From positions 29,512,001 through 29,576,000 of the forward strand of contig NC_043013.1 in the NCBI RefSeq assembly GCF_006345805.1: DNA of 64,000 bases. Direction: 5' to 3'. The notes beneath the pieces are model-generated. The model did not search any database, was not told the origin of the DNA, and saw nothing but the letters and a program-made list of their open reading frames with translations. Each line of letters begins with the position of its first letter. The stretch's first letter is position 1. This document shows positions 52,800 to 64,000 of the stretch, one piece after another. The translations under genes and the position numbers were made by a program. The stretch is from Octopus sinensis. Lineage: Eukaryota.

Positions 52800-54190
52800 G
52801 ACCATAGCAGGTTGGCGAGCTGGCAAAATTGTTACAACGTCGAAAAAAGAAAATCGCTTTATGGTGTTTGCTCCGGCTCTTTCTGTTCTGAGTTCAAATC
52901 CCACCAAGGTTAACTTTGCCTTTTCATTCTTCCAGCGTTCATTCAAATAAAGTACAAGCCATATACTAGGAATCTGAATTCAGAATGTAAAGACGGACAA
53001 AGTACTTAGCCGCATTTCGTCCGGCTCTACTTTCTCAGTTCAAATTGCGCCGAGTCGGATTTTGTTTTCATCTTTTCCGGGTCACAGTAACAGTAACAGT
53101 CGAATACTGGGGTCGATGTTATCGACTAGCCCTTCCTCCAAAATTTCAGGCCCTGTGTCTATAATAGAAAAGATAATTATTACAAGAATGGATTGTTGGC
53201 AGAATCGTTAGAGATTCGGACAAGATGATAGCGGTATTTCTACCAGCCCTTTACGTTCTGCGTTTAAATTATATCGATATCGACTTTCTCTTTCATTCTT
53301 TCGGGGTTGATAAAATAAGTACCAGTTGTGTACTGGGGTCGATGTAATTGACTTGTCCCCTTCTCCAAAATTTCAGACCTTGTTCTTATAGAAGAAGGAA
53401 TCACTTAAGGTGATAGACTGGGAAAACCATTAAAACGTTAGACAGAATGTCTAGTAGACTTTCAAGGCGGTGAACAGTCAGAATCGATTTTGCTTTTGAT
53501 CCTTTCAAGGTCGATGAAATAAGTACCAGTTGTGCACCGGAGTCGATGTAATCGACTTAACACTCCGCGGAAATTTCAGTGCTTATAATAGAAAGGATTA
53601 TTATAAATCTGAAGTAAGGCGGCGAGCTGGCAGAAACGTTAGCACGCCGGGCGAAATGCGTAGCCGTATTTCGTCTGTCGTTAACGTTCTGAGTTCAAAT
53701 TCCGCCGAGGTCGACTTTGCCTTTCATCATTTCGGGGTCGATAAATTAAGTACCAGTTACGTACTGGGGTCGATGTAATCGACCTAATACCTATGTCTGT
53801 CCTTGTTTGTCTCCTCTGTCTTTAGCCCCTTGTGGGTAATAAAGAAATAGGTATTTCGTCTGTCATTACGTTCTGCGTTCAAATTCCGAAGAGGTCGACT
53901 TTGCCTTTCATCCTTTCGGGGTCGATTAAGTAAGTACCAGTTACGCAGTGTGATCGATATAATCGACTTAATCCCTTTGTCTGTCCTTGTTTGTCCTCTC
54001 TGTGTTTATCCCCTTGTGAGTAGTGAAGAAATGGGTATTTCGTCTGTCTGAGTTCAAATTCTGCTGAGGTCGACATTGCCTTTCATCCTTTCGGGGTTGA
54101 TAAATTAAGCACCAGTTGCGTACTGGAGTCGAGCTAACCGACTGAGCCACCTCCCCCAAAATTCAGGGCCTTGTGCCTAGAGTAGAAAAT
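52800..54190 (+). mobile_element. Cluster of about 6-7 head-to-tail SINE family A units
   Basis: Repeated gagttcaaat...gactttgcc...gtcgat bodies. Confidence 0.85.
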
Positions 54191-55094
54191 ATTATAAGTC
54201 TGAAGCGCTGGTGGAATCCTGAGAATATCACACAAAACGCCTTGCATAGTTGTTCTGGTTTTTACGCTCTGGGTAGCAGGAACAGGGGCTCGTACAGCAA
54301 ATACTTATATGTGCAAAGGAAGACAGAGAAAAGAATAATTTTGGAAACATCATTGTGTATATGAAAAACAGTACGAACAATAGCGTAACAACTATATACT
54401 AGTGTTTGGTGGTATATAGTTGGTATATAAATATGAGTCAAAAAGAACAACTCGACTTGAGCCTGCTCTCGAGAAAGGGTGAAGTACGTTACAAAAGGGG
54501 GAAAAGGCTAAAGAGGAAGGTGACATTTCTGTTTCTCAAAAAGTTTGATGAGGGCCTCTAAATACCATCTAAAGGTAGTTAAAGAAAAGAAACTCTGAAC
54601 GATGTGTGGAAGAATGTATGCCCAGTTCACCGCGACAGAGTATATGAGAGCGTGTACTTGGTTTTTATGATGGAGATTGAAGTGAGGAGGCAATGGAGTT
54701 TGTGGTCGTATACCTACCCACAGGTTAATCTGGTAATAGGTAAATCTTGGAAAAACCGGGATTACGTCTGAGATATTAGCACGGACGTCAGTCTTTGGTA
54801 GGGTGTCACCTTTGCGCGACATTACAATATTGCGCGCGGTGAGCGCGGAGGTGACACGTAACATGTGATATAGTGTAGTCTACACGAAATTCAGGTTCTG
54901 GTCACGAAGCTGTATAACGTTGCAGTAGTGGTGGGGGTGAAGAAACAAATCAGTCACATTAATGGTTTACGCTAAAAGCTTAATTGCTATACTCATAAAA
55001 AAAGACCACTTCAGAATCTCTGCATTTTCAGAGACTCATACTGCCATTCAAAACACACGCACAAGTTATGTTTCACTTTAGTTTTATTACCTAT

Positions 55095-55420
55095 GAAGGC
55101 GTATGGCTTAGTGTTTTGGGCAAACGGCTCACGATCATAAGGTTGTGGGCTCGATTCCCAGCGGCGTGTTGTGCCTTTGAGCAAGACATTTTATTTCACG
55201 TTGCTCCAGTCCACTCTGCTGGCAAAAATGAGCTGTACCTGTAATTCAAAGGGCTGGTCTTCTCACATTCTTTATCACACTGAATCCCCCTGAGAACTAC
55301 ATAAAAGTTACGCGTATCTGTGGAGTGCTCAGCCACTTGCACGTTATTTTCCCGAGCAGGCTGTTCCGTTGATCGGATCAACTGGAGCCCTGGTCGTCGT
55401 AACCAACAGAGTGCCAGTGT
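55095..55420 (+). mobile_element. tRNA-derived SINE (third-family type)
   Basis: ggcgtatggcttagtg...gggctcgattccc...cctttgagcaagaca. Confidence 0.65.
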
Positions 55421-56103
55421 CAATAGTTTTATTTCCAACGAATTAGATAATTAATCAATTGATAAATTAGTTAATCGATTAGTCTGTCAAAATCTTTTCG
55501 TCACAGTCTGTGAACTTACCAATAATTATGTGTCACTCAAACTCCTCTTTCGCCTCAACACTTATTGTATGTTCGTCTTACAGGTCTTGCAACTTAAAAA
55601 AAGGATGTCACAGTTAAAATAGTGGCTATGACTGAGAAACCAAAAGGTCTCCTTCTTCAGCACAAGAACGGCTTGAGATTACGAGCAACAGTATTATGCT
55701 GTACAAAGAGATGAAAACTAGGTAAGGTGGTGGTGGACTACAGCAAGAAATAAATGATGAGGCATCAGAAAGGGCAAACCTAGACAAAAGGAAAAATAAA
55801 AAGCTAAAAGTTCTTCACGAAAAGATAACCGTTCTGATGTAGCGTCAAAAAAACGTATCTGCGATCGGAAAGGAGAGCTGACCCTGAATGACAACGAATT
55901 AAACACTGTTATGATATTCGAGGAGATACAGGGATCCAGTACTTGGAGCCCCTAAATGGTTGTTGATAAACCCCACTTCATTGATTTGTCAACAGTAGAG
56001 GGTTTACAAAATATAAGATCGTAGGACCCTTCATAGCTTAACTAAAGCCAAAAGTATTTGGGCAATGTTAGAGAGCACAATTTTCCGAAGTGATCGAAAA
56101 TAT

Positions 56104-56135
<32 letters not shown>

Positions 56136-56454
56136 TCATGTACATTTATACATATATATACATATGTATGCTTATATGTATATATCTATGTAATCACTCA
56201 TAACGTGGTTCACCTATCGCGTCCTCAATACATCGCGGATTTTTCTGGTTAATATATGTAAATTAATATCGCGGACTCCTCAGTATTTCGCGTTTTTTTT
56301 ATGGTTGAGAGGTATTTATATTTTTTAAAAATTTTAATTATTTCTGTGATAAAATAAACATTTTCACGCCTAAAAATTAATAAATTAATAAAAAATATAG
56401 TACGGTATTGCACTGTATAACACATTAATTAAAATATATTAAAAGAAAATACGT

Positions 56455-56835
56455 AGGCGCAGGAGTGGCTGTGTGGTAAGTAGCTTGCTAACCAACCACA
56501 TGGTTCAGGGTTCAGTCCCACTGCGTGGCACCTTGGGCAAGTGTCTTCTACTATAGCCCCGGGCCGACCAATGCCTTGTGAGTGGATTTGGTAGACGGAA
56601 ACTGAAAGAAGCCCGTCGTATATATGTATATATATATGTGTGTGTGTGTGTTTGTGTGTCTGTGTTTGTCCCCCTAGCATTGCTTGACAACCGATGCTGG
56701 CGTGTTTATGTCCCCGTCACATACCGGTTCGGCAAAAGAGACCGATAGAATAAGTACTGGGCTTACAAAGAATAAAGGCGGTGCTCCAGCATGGCCGCAG
56801 TCAAATGACTGAAACAAGTAAAAGAATAAAAGAGA
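56455..56835 (+). mobile_element. SINE family B copy
   Basis: Complete head and body. Confidence 0.88.
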
Positions 56836-57046
56836 GAGAGAGTGTACCGTGGATGAGTAAGCAAAGAATTGGAAAATAAAACTCGGGAGACGAGTGCTAG
56901 GTGTTGTTTTGCATTTATAATTAAAGAAATATACACAAATTATAAAAATAATAATAAAAAATATTCAGTACAATATTGTTTCTACTTCGCGGATTTTCAC
57001 CCATCGCGCGGAGTTTTGGAACGTAACACCCGCGATGGTCGAGGGA

Positions 57047-57424
57047 GGTAATTGTTAAGTTTAGCGATATTTAAAAAGTGAATAAAAATTAGGGGTGTGA
57101 TAACTAGTAAAGGGACATACATCAGTCAACATAAATACTGGATATTATACTTTGGAATTGATCAGAATGGCACGTGGAAGACCAGCGGGACAGCAATTCA
57201 TTGTTCATTGTTCCTTAGCCGAATCACGAGACAAGATTCTTCAGTAGTTGGCACGGCGTCGACTAATTATGAATTTATACACATGCGAATATTGTAATTC
57301 ACCATGTTACTTTACTGCAGTATTTGTCGTTTAACAGTAAGTTGACCTTTGTATGTCCCTTTACTAGTTATCTGCCCCTTAATTTTTATTTACTTTTTTA
57401 ATATCACTGAACTGAACAATTACC
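57047..57424. mobile_element. Mutator-like MITE, ~85-bp imperfect TIRs, 9-bp TSD
   Basis: TIRs ggtaattg...gtcaac / gttgac...caattacc; flanks GTCGAGGGA (57038) and ATCGAGGGA (57425). Confidence 0.7.
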
Positions 57425-57649
57425 ATCGAGGGATTATTGTATATAAATCTGCTCATTTTGTATTTATAATACTACATTGCCTAATGTAACATTTTTTTTT
57501 TTGTTTAAGACGGTAGTGCGAGATTTGAGAGAAATTTGTCTGATATTTCTAGCATGTCGATGGACTACTCAGAGGCCTTCTTTCGTTAGCTGTTGCTGGT
57601 CCCCAATTAGCTCTGATTAAACGCACCTAAGATTAAATGCATTCTATGT

Positions 57650-58280
57650 GTTTACATTGTCCGTAGTACCAGAGGTGTGACCTCTCAATGCGGAGAAGTA
57701 GCAACTCAACCTATGGAGACTCCTTGGTCTCTGAGCTAAGTTACGCTCCCTGTTACTCCAGATACCCTTCGGAGGAACCTCATTTCGGCCACTTATGTTA
57801 GCAATCATACTCTTTTGGTCGTTACCCAACATTCATGACCATAGGTGAGGATAAATTCGTAAACTGAAATGAAGACAGTAAATTTAGCTTTTTTACCAAC
57901 TTCTCTTTTGAGGATCGAATGCTGGAGCTGGTGTATTACTATACCAGCCCCTGCACTTCTAGCATCCAATTCAACCCCCACCTTCCATCACTCGTGAACA
58001 TAACCCCGAGATATTTACACTTCTCCATTTGTCTCACTGACGTTACACTAACATGCAGAAAGGGCTGGGACAAATATCTTGAGAGGACTAAAGTCTCGGT
58101 TTTCGCAGCGCTAATTCTCATACCTGCGTTGCAACACGCGGCTGTGAACCCATTCAATGCATTCTGGATATCATCTTCTGATGAGCCAAGAAGCAGTATG
58201 TCGTCTGGAAATATCAGCCGACCGATCTTACACCCACCGATTGTAATAACTCTTCCACAACGGCTGCGACATAGATTCAA
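57650..58280 (-). mobile_element. RTE-clade LINE RT fragment
   Basis: RLIFPDDILLL...GMRISAAKTETLVL...EKCKYLGVMFTSDG (ORF 57939-58280); downstream ILTYGHECWV and AEMRFLRRV. Confidence 0.85.
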
Positions 58281-58539
58281 AACAATATTATTTTAAACCT
58301 GTATCTAAAAATTTGCATTTGAGAAATGTTATGCATACATACATACATACATGCATACATACATACATACATACATACATGCATACATACATACATACAT
58401 ACATACATACATACATACATACATACATACATACATCAAAAGTAAATAGACACTCTTCATTATACCGTTTTACCTGGTGCTTTAAACTTGTTAGTGTATT
58501 CTTTATTTTACATTTCAGTATATTAATTATCTATAGCAA

Positions 58540-59500
58540 CAAGCCATGCTGCGAACTCCCGAAGCAAAAGAGTTGTCTGATTTTCAAAGCGGGCGTATTG
58601 TGTGTCAATCTTAGTCTCTATAAAGATGTGCAAAACTTTGGAATTCTTTTTGCCGCAGTGAACAAACTCATTGTACAAGTCACCAGCAAAGGACGGGAAT
58701 CAACAGCATCCCACTCAGGTCAGCCTAGGTCCTCTAACAGGTGACTTCGAGCTCTCAAATGGATTGTTGAAAGTAATCCCCGTTGTAAGGCAGCTGATGT
58801 TAAAGGGCAACCACAAATGATTTGTTGTATTTCTGTGAAGTATCTCCTTCAACTAAGCTACTATGGTAGGACAGCGTCAAGGAAATCTCTTCTTCGACCA
58901 GCGAATATCCAAAGAATAAAGGAGTAGGCAAATCCCAAAGCGAGATTCCAAAGGGTTCTGAAAAACTGTCATAGTCACGGACAAACCAAGATTTGCATAA
59001 TTTTCTGACTAGATTTTAATTTAGATCAGCTGCAACCTATGGTGAAACAAGGCAGTCTTTCAATTATGGTGTGGGTAGCAATCTGGAATACTGGTTGTTC
59101 AGAACTGGTGGAGTGTATTGGAAGCATAAACCTTGAAAAATACACCTCCATTCTTCAGAAAGGATTTCCGATTTTCTCTAGTAGTCAGATTGTAAGAAAC
59201 AGACATTATTTATGGAGGACTGTGTTTCATGCCACACAACCAAAAAGAAAAACAAAAGACTAGTGACTGATATAATGTGTATGTAAATTTCCTTGGCCAA
59301 GCCAGTTTCCTAATGTGAACCCCGTTGAACACATTTGGTGCACACTGGATGGTGTAACGCAAAAAGGCCACGAAAACCAACATCATGTGCAGATTTGTTC
59401 AATATGTTGTGTGCAGCCTGGGCAGAAATTCCACCGAAGACAATTTCTGTATTCACAAGTACGATTTCCAAACGGATTAAATCATTAAAGCTGCACAAGA
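58540..59500 (+). pseudogene. Tc1-like transposase, decayed
   Basis: AKELSDFQSGRIV, SRKSLLRPANI, VKQGSLSIMVWVAI, MEDCVSCH, WPSQFPNVNPVEHIW across frameshifts. Confidence 0.85.
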
Positions 59501-59507
59501 CATGTTA

Positions 59508-59741
59508 CACTTGCAATTCAGGGCGATGTGAGTTCATATCCTACTGCAGGTGTATATATCAAATGTATATACATTACCGATTTTGAAAGATGTATTTCTA
59601 GAATTTCCAGAAATGCATCGAATGACATTATTTCATTTCTGGAAATTCTAGAAATACATCTTTCAAAATCGGTAATGTATATACATTTGATATATACACC
59701 TGCAGTCGGATATGAACTCACATTGCCCTGAATTGCAAGTG
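59508..59741. mobile_element. Foldback MITE, essentially all TIR, TA duplication
   Basis: Arms 59505-59615 and 59634-59744 are reverse complements with 2 mismatches; 18-nt spacer; TA-cacttgc...gcaagtg-TA. Confidence 0.9.
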
Positions 59742-59899
59742 TAATAATCTCAAACCACTTGATTAGAGTAAGTCTGTAATTTGAGATAAGAGAAGACATG
59801 TAATGCAACAGCTATTGTATTATAGTACAAGTGCACAGAACACATCAAGTAGAGGTTAATGGAAGGACAACCGATTAGATAACATTATTAAAAGTTCCT

Positions 59900-59941
59900 A
59901 TCTGTCTGTCTGTGCATGCATGTGGGGTGGACGTGTGGTGC

Positions 59942-59986
<45 letters not shown>

Positions 59987-60525
59987 TATATATATTATAT
60001 ATATAATATATATATATATATGCATATATGTATGTATGTATGTATGTATATGTAAACATACTCATACCTACACACATGCATGTATGTATGTATACTGTAC
60101 ACATACTCAATACTCAAGTACATTTATCTGTGTCTGTGTGTGTATGTGTCAATGTATTTTCACATACGTGCATGCATATCTGTGTATGTGTGCATATTTC
60201 TGTATGTGTGTGTGTATATATGTATATATATATATATATGTGTGTGTTTGTGTTTATATATGTATATATATATGTGTGTGTGTGTGTGTATGTATGTATA
60301 TGCATTTCAGTGTGACAGCATCTGTGTAGTTAATAAGTTAATGTATGTTTATATGTGTTTCACTGTAATTCGGCAATCCCTTAAGTGATAGATTATTTCT
60401 CTCCTCTCACGCTTCCTCACCTCACTCTTTCTTATGCGTCCCCACCTCACTCTCTTCATGCATATGTATGCTTGCACGTGTATTTCTGTAATGTATGTAT
60501 GTAAGTATGTATGTATGTATGTATG

Positions 60526-60559
<34 letters not shown>

Positions 60560-60708
60560 TGTATGTATGTATGTATGTATGCATGTATATATGTATATGT
60601 GTGTAGACGGGCATAGAATTATCTTTGTCCTTATATTGTTTGTATCTTTATTTCTTTTTACGCGTAAACACCTTCATGTGCGTGCGTATGAACTGTGGTT
60701 TTAGTATG

Positions 60709-60761
<53 letters not shown>

Positions 60762-60900
60762 GTGTTGTCTGTGTGTGTGTCTGTGTGTGTGTATATCTGT
60801 GTCTATGTGTTATATGCCAGGAATTATGCATGTTATATTATAATATATTTTATTATATTATATTATATTATATTACGTTATATATCAAGCGTAATATAAT
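59900..60900. repeat. (AT)/(TG)/(TATG) microsatellite fields
   Basis: Direct reading. Confidence 0.85.
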
Positions 60901-62763
60901 TTTATATTATATTTTTACGTGTTATCGATGAATATTATGATTCACTGATCCAGAAAAAGATGACTGGAAAAAACAAAAACCTAAAAGTTTGCAGGAACCA
61001 AACAGAAGAATCTCAGAGGAAGTACCAAAATTGTTAGAGAATCTAGCAAAGATTGGTATGAAAATATCCATCCTGAGCATACCGTTTCAGGTGCATATTC
61101 AAAACCAGGTAATCACTCCAGTGAACGCTGAAATCGCGAAATACTGAGAGAATATATTCCACTGATCTGGACATGCTGCAAGGCTCGCAGGCAGCAGTTG
61201 TTAAATGGTGTCCCAGATGTCGGAAGATGCCACACAGAAAACTTCCACGTGGATGGGAAGAAGACGTAGTCGAAAATATTCAAAACTTAATGGAAGAGGA
61301 TGCAATCAAGGGCAGAATGGAAGTGTACTGTAACTATTGACACATGAGGACATCTAATAACCTGATCGATAGAGCGAGAGAGGGATATGGGGTGTGTTTG
61401 TATTTGTATGTAAGAGGGAAAGCTGAAAAGTTCCTGGCTCTGGGTAAAAGAAAATACAGGAGGATCAGTTAATTATGATTGTATTCAACATATTATCCTC
61501 TCAAATTTCCACACTTATTGCAGCGGTCCTTCAGTTTTTCTAAGCCCTGTAAAAGAACTCTGAAGTTTGGTCCTCCAAACAGACCTTTCGCGATACCCTT
61601 AAATCCAGGAACTTCGTACATGTATGCGTTCGTGCATGTACGCACATGTATGTATGCATATATTACGTATGACTATATACATTTTACATACATTCATCGA
61701 AAATGCATGCACTACCTGCATCGTCTCGTGTACCTTTGGGAGACCAGGGTTTTTTTATTTTCTCTAATTCTTTTGGACAATGTTTCATTTTACACTTTAT
61801 GCATCACAACATTTCGGTTTCCTAACCGACATTTTCTCTTCACGTTTTCCTTTAGCAATTTCTTCTGTGAAAGCTTTCTTCTACAAAAATATCATTCTGC
61901 TTGAAATATTACAAATCTTCAGTCACTTTCTTAATTCTTGGAAATGTAGTTAACTTCATACACTCTCAATACTTTTTATTGTCTTTAGAAATATATATAT
62001 AGATTACTTTACTGTTTTGGTTAGTGTTGCAACACTTTGTCTTTATAATATTTTATATCGTTCCCAAATGACCATTTTTTTCGGTGTTTGTGAAGCATAT
62101 CATTTCGTTCTCGATTTCCTTACGAGTTTTTTTCCCTTTCTTTGCTTTCTTGTGTAATTTTAGTAACAATCCACCATAATCTCTCTTATTCAGGAATTTA
62201 ATTCTCTTTCCTGCTTGCTTCTCTGTTTATATGAAGGGAAAAGAACATTTTGCTCTGTTGCTATTTATATGATTCGAGTTAGTGCAACTCTCACAGGAAA
62301 AAGAGCGAAACCAATATAGTTGTTTAACTATAAATATAAAGCTGAAGTGTCAAATATCATGGTTAATTTAAATATACGCAAATGAAAAGTGTACTTTCAA
62401 ATTCTCTCAAATAAATGGTTGTTTATCACTGACATTTAATAGTACTCGACTTCCTGGATGAAGCTGCTGATATTCATATGATGATTTTGCTAACCCAACT
62501 GAAATATATAACGGCCCAAAGTGCTTCAAAAGTTTCTTCCAGCTCTCCTGAAGAGCATAGTATGATGCAAAACTTTGCGATTAATATCTGAAGAGATTTT
62601 AATTATTTTCTCATAATACAGATTATGGTTTTATCCCAGTGTAACTGTACATACATACATGCGTACATACATACATACATACATATATACATACATACAT
62701 ACATACACACACACGTACGTACGTACATACATACATACATACATACATACATACATACATACA

Positions 62764-62795
<32 letters not shown>

Positions 62796-62811
62796 CATAC
62801 ATACACACTAT

Positions 62812-63430
62812 CAATGACCTCCTGACATTTGTTAGCACAGGACTGAATTAATTTTTTGCAAAATAATGGAGTAATATTATTCCATTCGTTTTTCAATAAT
62901 TCCCAGAGTTCATCTTGGTTCTTTGGATTTCTCCTTCACGCCCCATCTCCAATAATCTTCCAAACGTTTTCTATAGGGTTGAGATCAGGACTTTGAGGTG
63001 GCCTGTGCCCATGAGATCAACCCCTTCATCACTCAAACAGTCTTTGACTCTCATCGCAGTGTAACAGGGAGCGTTATTCGGCACGAAGACAGGAGGTTGA
63101 ACTGATGAGGATCGGAGATGTGGAAGGGTATGCTGTCTAAGAATCTGCTTGTAGATTTCAGTATTGACAGGCCCTTGGAGGCGAATAAATGGACCAGAAC
63201 CAGCAATAGAGATCACTCTCCATACCGTTTCACTGCCTCCTCCATATTTTACTGTCTTCTTCACACATGCAAGAAACAACCTTTCGCCACTTCTTCGTCG
63301 GACGTACATCTCGCCATCGGAACAAATCACATTAAATTTCGATCCATCACTAAAGTGAACCTACGACCACTGTTCTATCCAAAAGACATGTTCTTGAGCG
63401 AAACGATTCTCCTTGGATATCAGAGGTTTC
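62812..63430 (-). pseudogene. Tc1-like transposase C-terminal half
   Basis: [15 protein letters not shown]...[12 protein letters not shown]...NNAPCY (ORF 62971-63330); PQSPDLNPIENVWK after a shift. Confidence 0.88.
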
Positions 63431-63458
63431 TTTGCCATTGCCCGAGCATGCAACCCAG

Positions 63459-63564
<106 letters not shown>

Positions 63565-63600
63565 TATGCACGTGTAAATATATATACATATATACATATA

Positions 63601-63808
63601 TTTCAAAATGTGACCTCGTGTGTACCGTTGGCGGTTTTTTTTCCTCTGTCTTCCCTTTTCTGGATATTTCCTTCTCCTATGTTTCCGACGAAGAGCTCCG
63701 CTCGAAACGTTAAACCCTCCTTCTTTCCTGAGCGTCCAATAATACTATATTTGTTCCACGTCGTCGTGTTGTTGTGTTTTTTTTGTGCTTTCTTGTTTGG
63801 ATTAACTT
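63601..63808 (+). mobile_element. Solo PLE terminal-repeat copy with the hammerhead-like motif at 63681-63715, in (AT)n
   Basis: Aligns with 13268-13486; the 35-nt motif is identical. Confidence 0.85.
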
Positions 63809-63820
63809 TATATATATATA

Positions 63821-63877
<57 letters not shown>

Positions 63878-63951
63878 TACACACACACACACACATAATA
63901 TATATACATATATATATTTACATATACATATATATATATATACATATATAC

Positions 63952-63982
<31 letters not shown>

Positions 63983-64000
63983 ATATACATGTATATATAT

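Larger units (their letters stand above)
56189..57441. mobile_element. Tigger/pogo-like non-autonomous DNA transposon interrupted by a SINE and a MITE
   Basis: Left end taatcactc..cacctatcgcg; right end cccgcgatggtcgaggga|ttattgta is split by an insertion. Confidence 0.5.

Noticed and set aside
54508-54864. 118-aa minus-strand ORF as a host exon
   Set aside because: No recognisable domain; the plus strand weakly resembles a decayed Tx1 3' end (KYHLK...WKNV), too weak to annotate.
58195-58215. CTGATGAG hammerhead-like word
   Set aside because: It lies antisense within RTE coding sequence with no properly placed stem II/GAAA.

Overview
AT-rich, repeat-saturated eukaryotic DNA. The SINE families and microsatellite load look like an octopus (coleoid cephalopod) genome; that is my recognition, not a database result. 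I can support no host protein-coding gene, and nearly all track ORFs are microsatellite read-throughs. The main feature is a 13.7-kb single-orientation degenerate (TTAGGG)n interstitial telomeric array (23774-37498) with kb-scale internal duplications. Its two flanks rejoin into a retroelement-tail/(AAT)n/repeat junction that is seen intact elsewhere in the window, minus about 9 bp. The window also holds a 5'-truncated Penelope-like element (RT plus GIY-YIG, 10414-13486) whose terminal repeat carries a minimal hammerhead-ribozyme-like motif, repeated identically in a solo copy near 63681. Other contents: a second Penelope fragment, several R4/Dong-like RLE retrotransposon fragments sitting in (AAT)n tracts, Tx1/L1, RTE and CRE-like LINE fragments, two Tc1 relics, several MITEs including long foldback palindromes, many tRNA-derived SINEs, and one 100-N gap.
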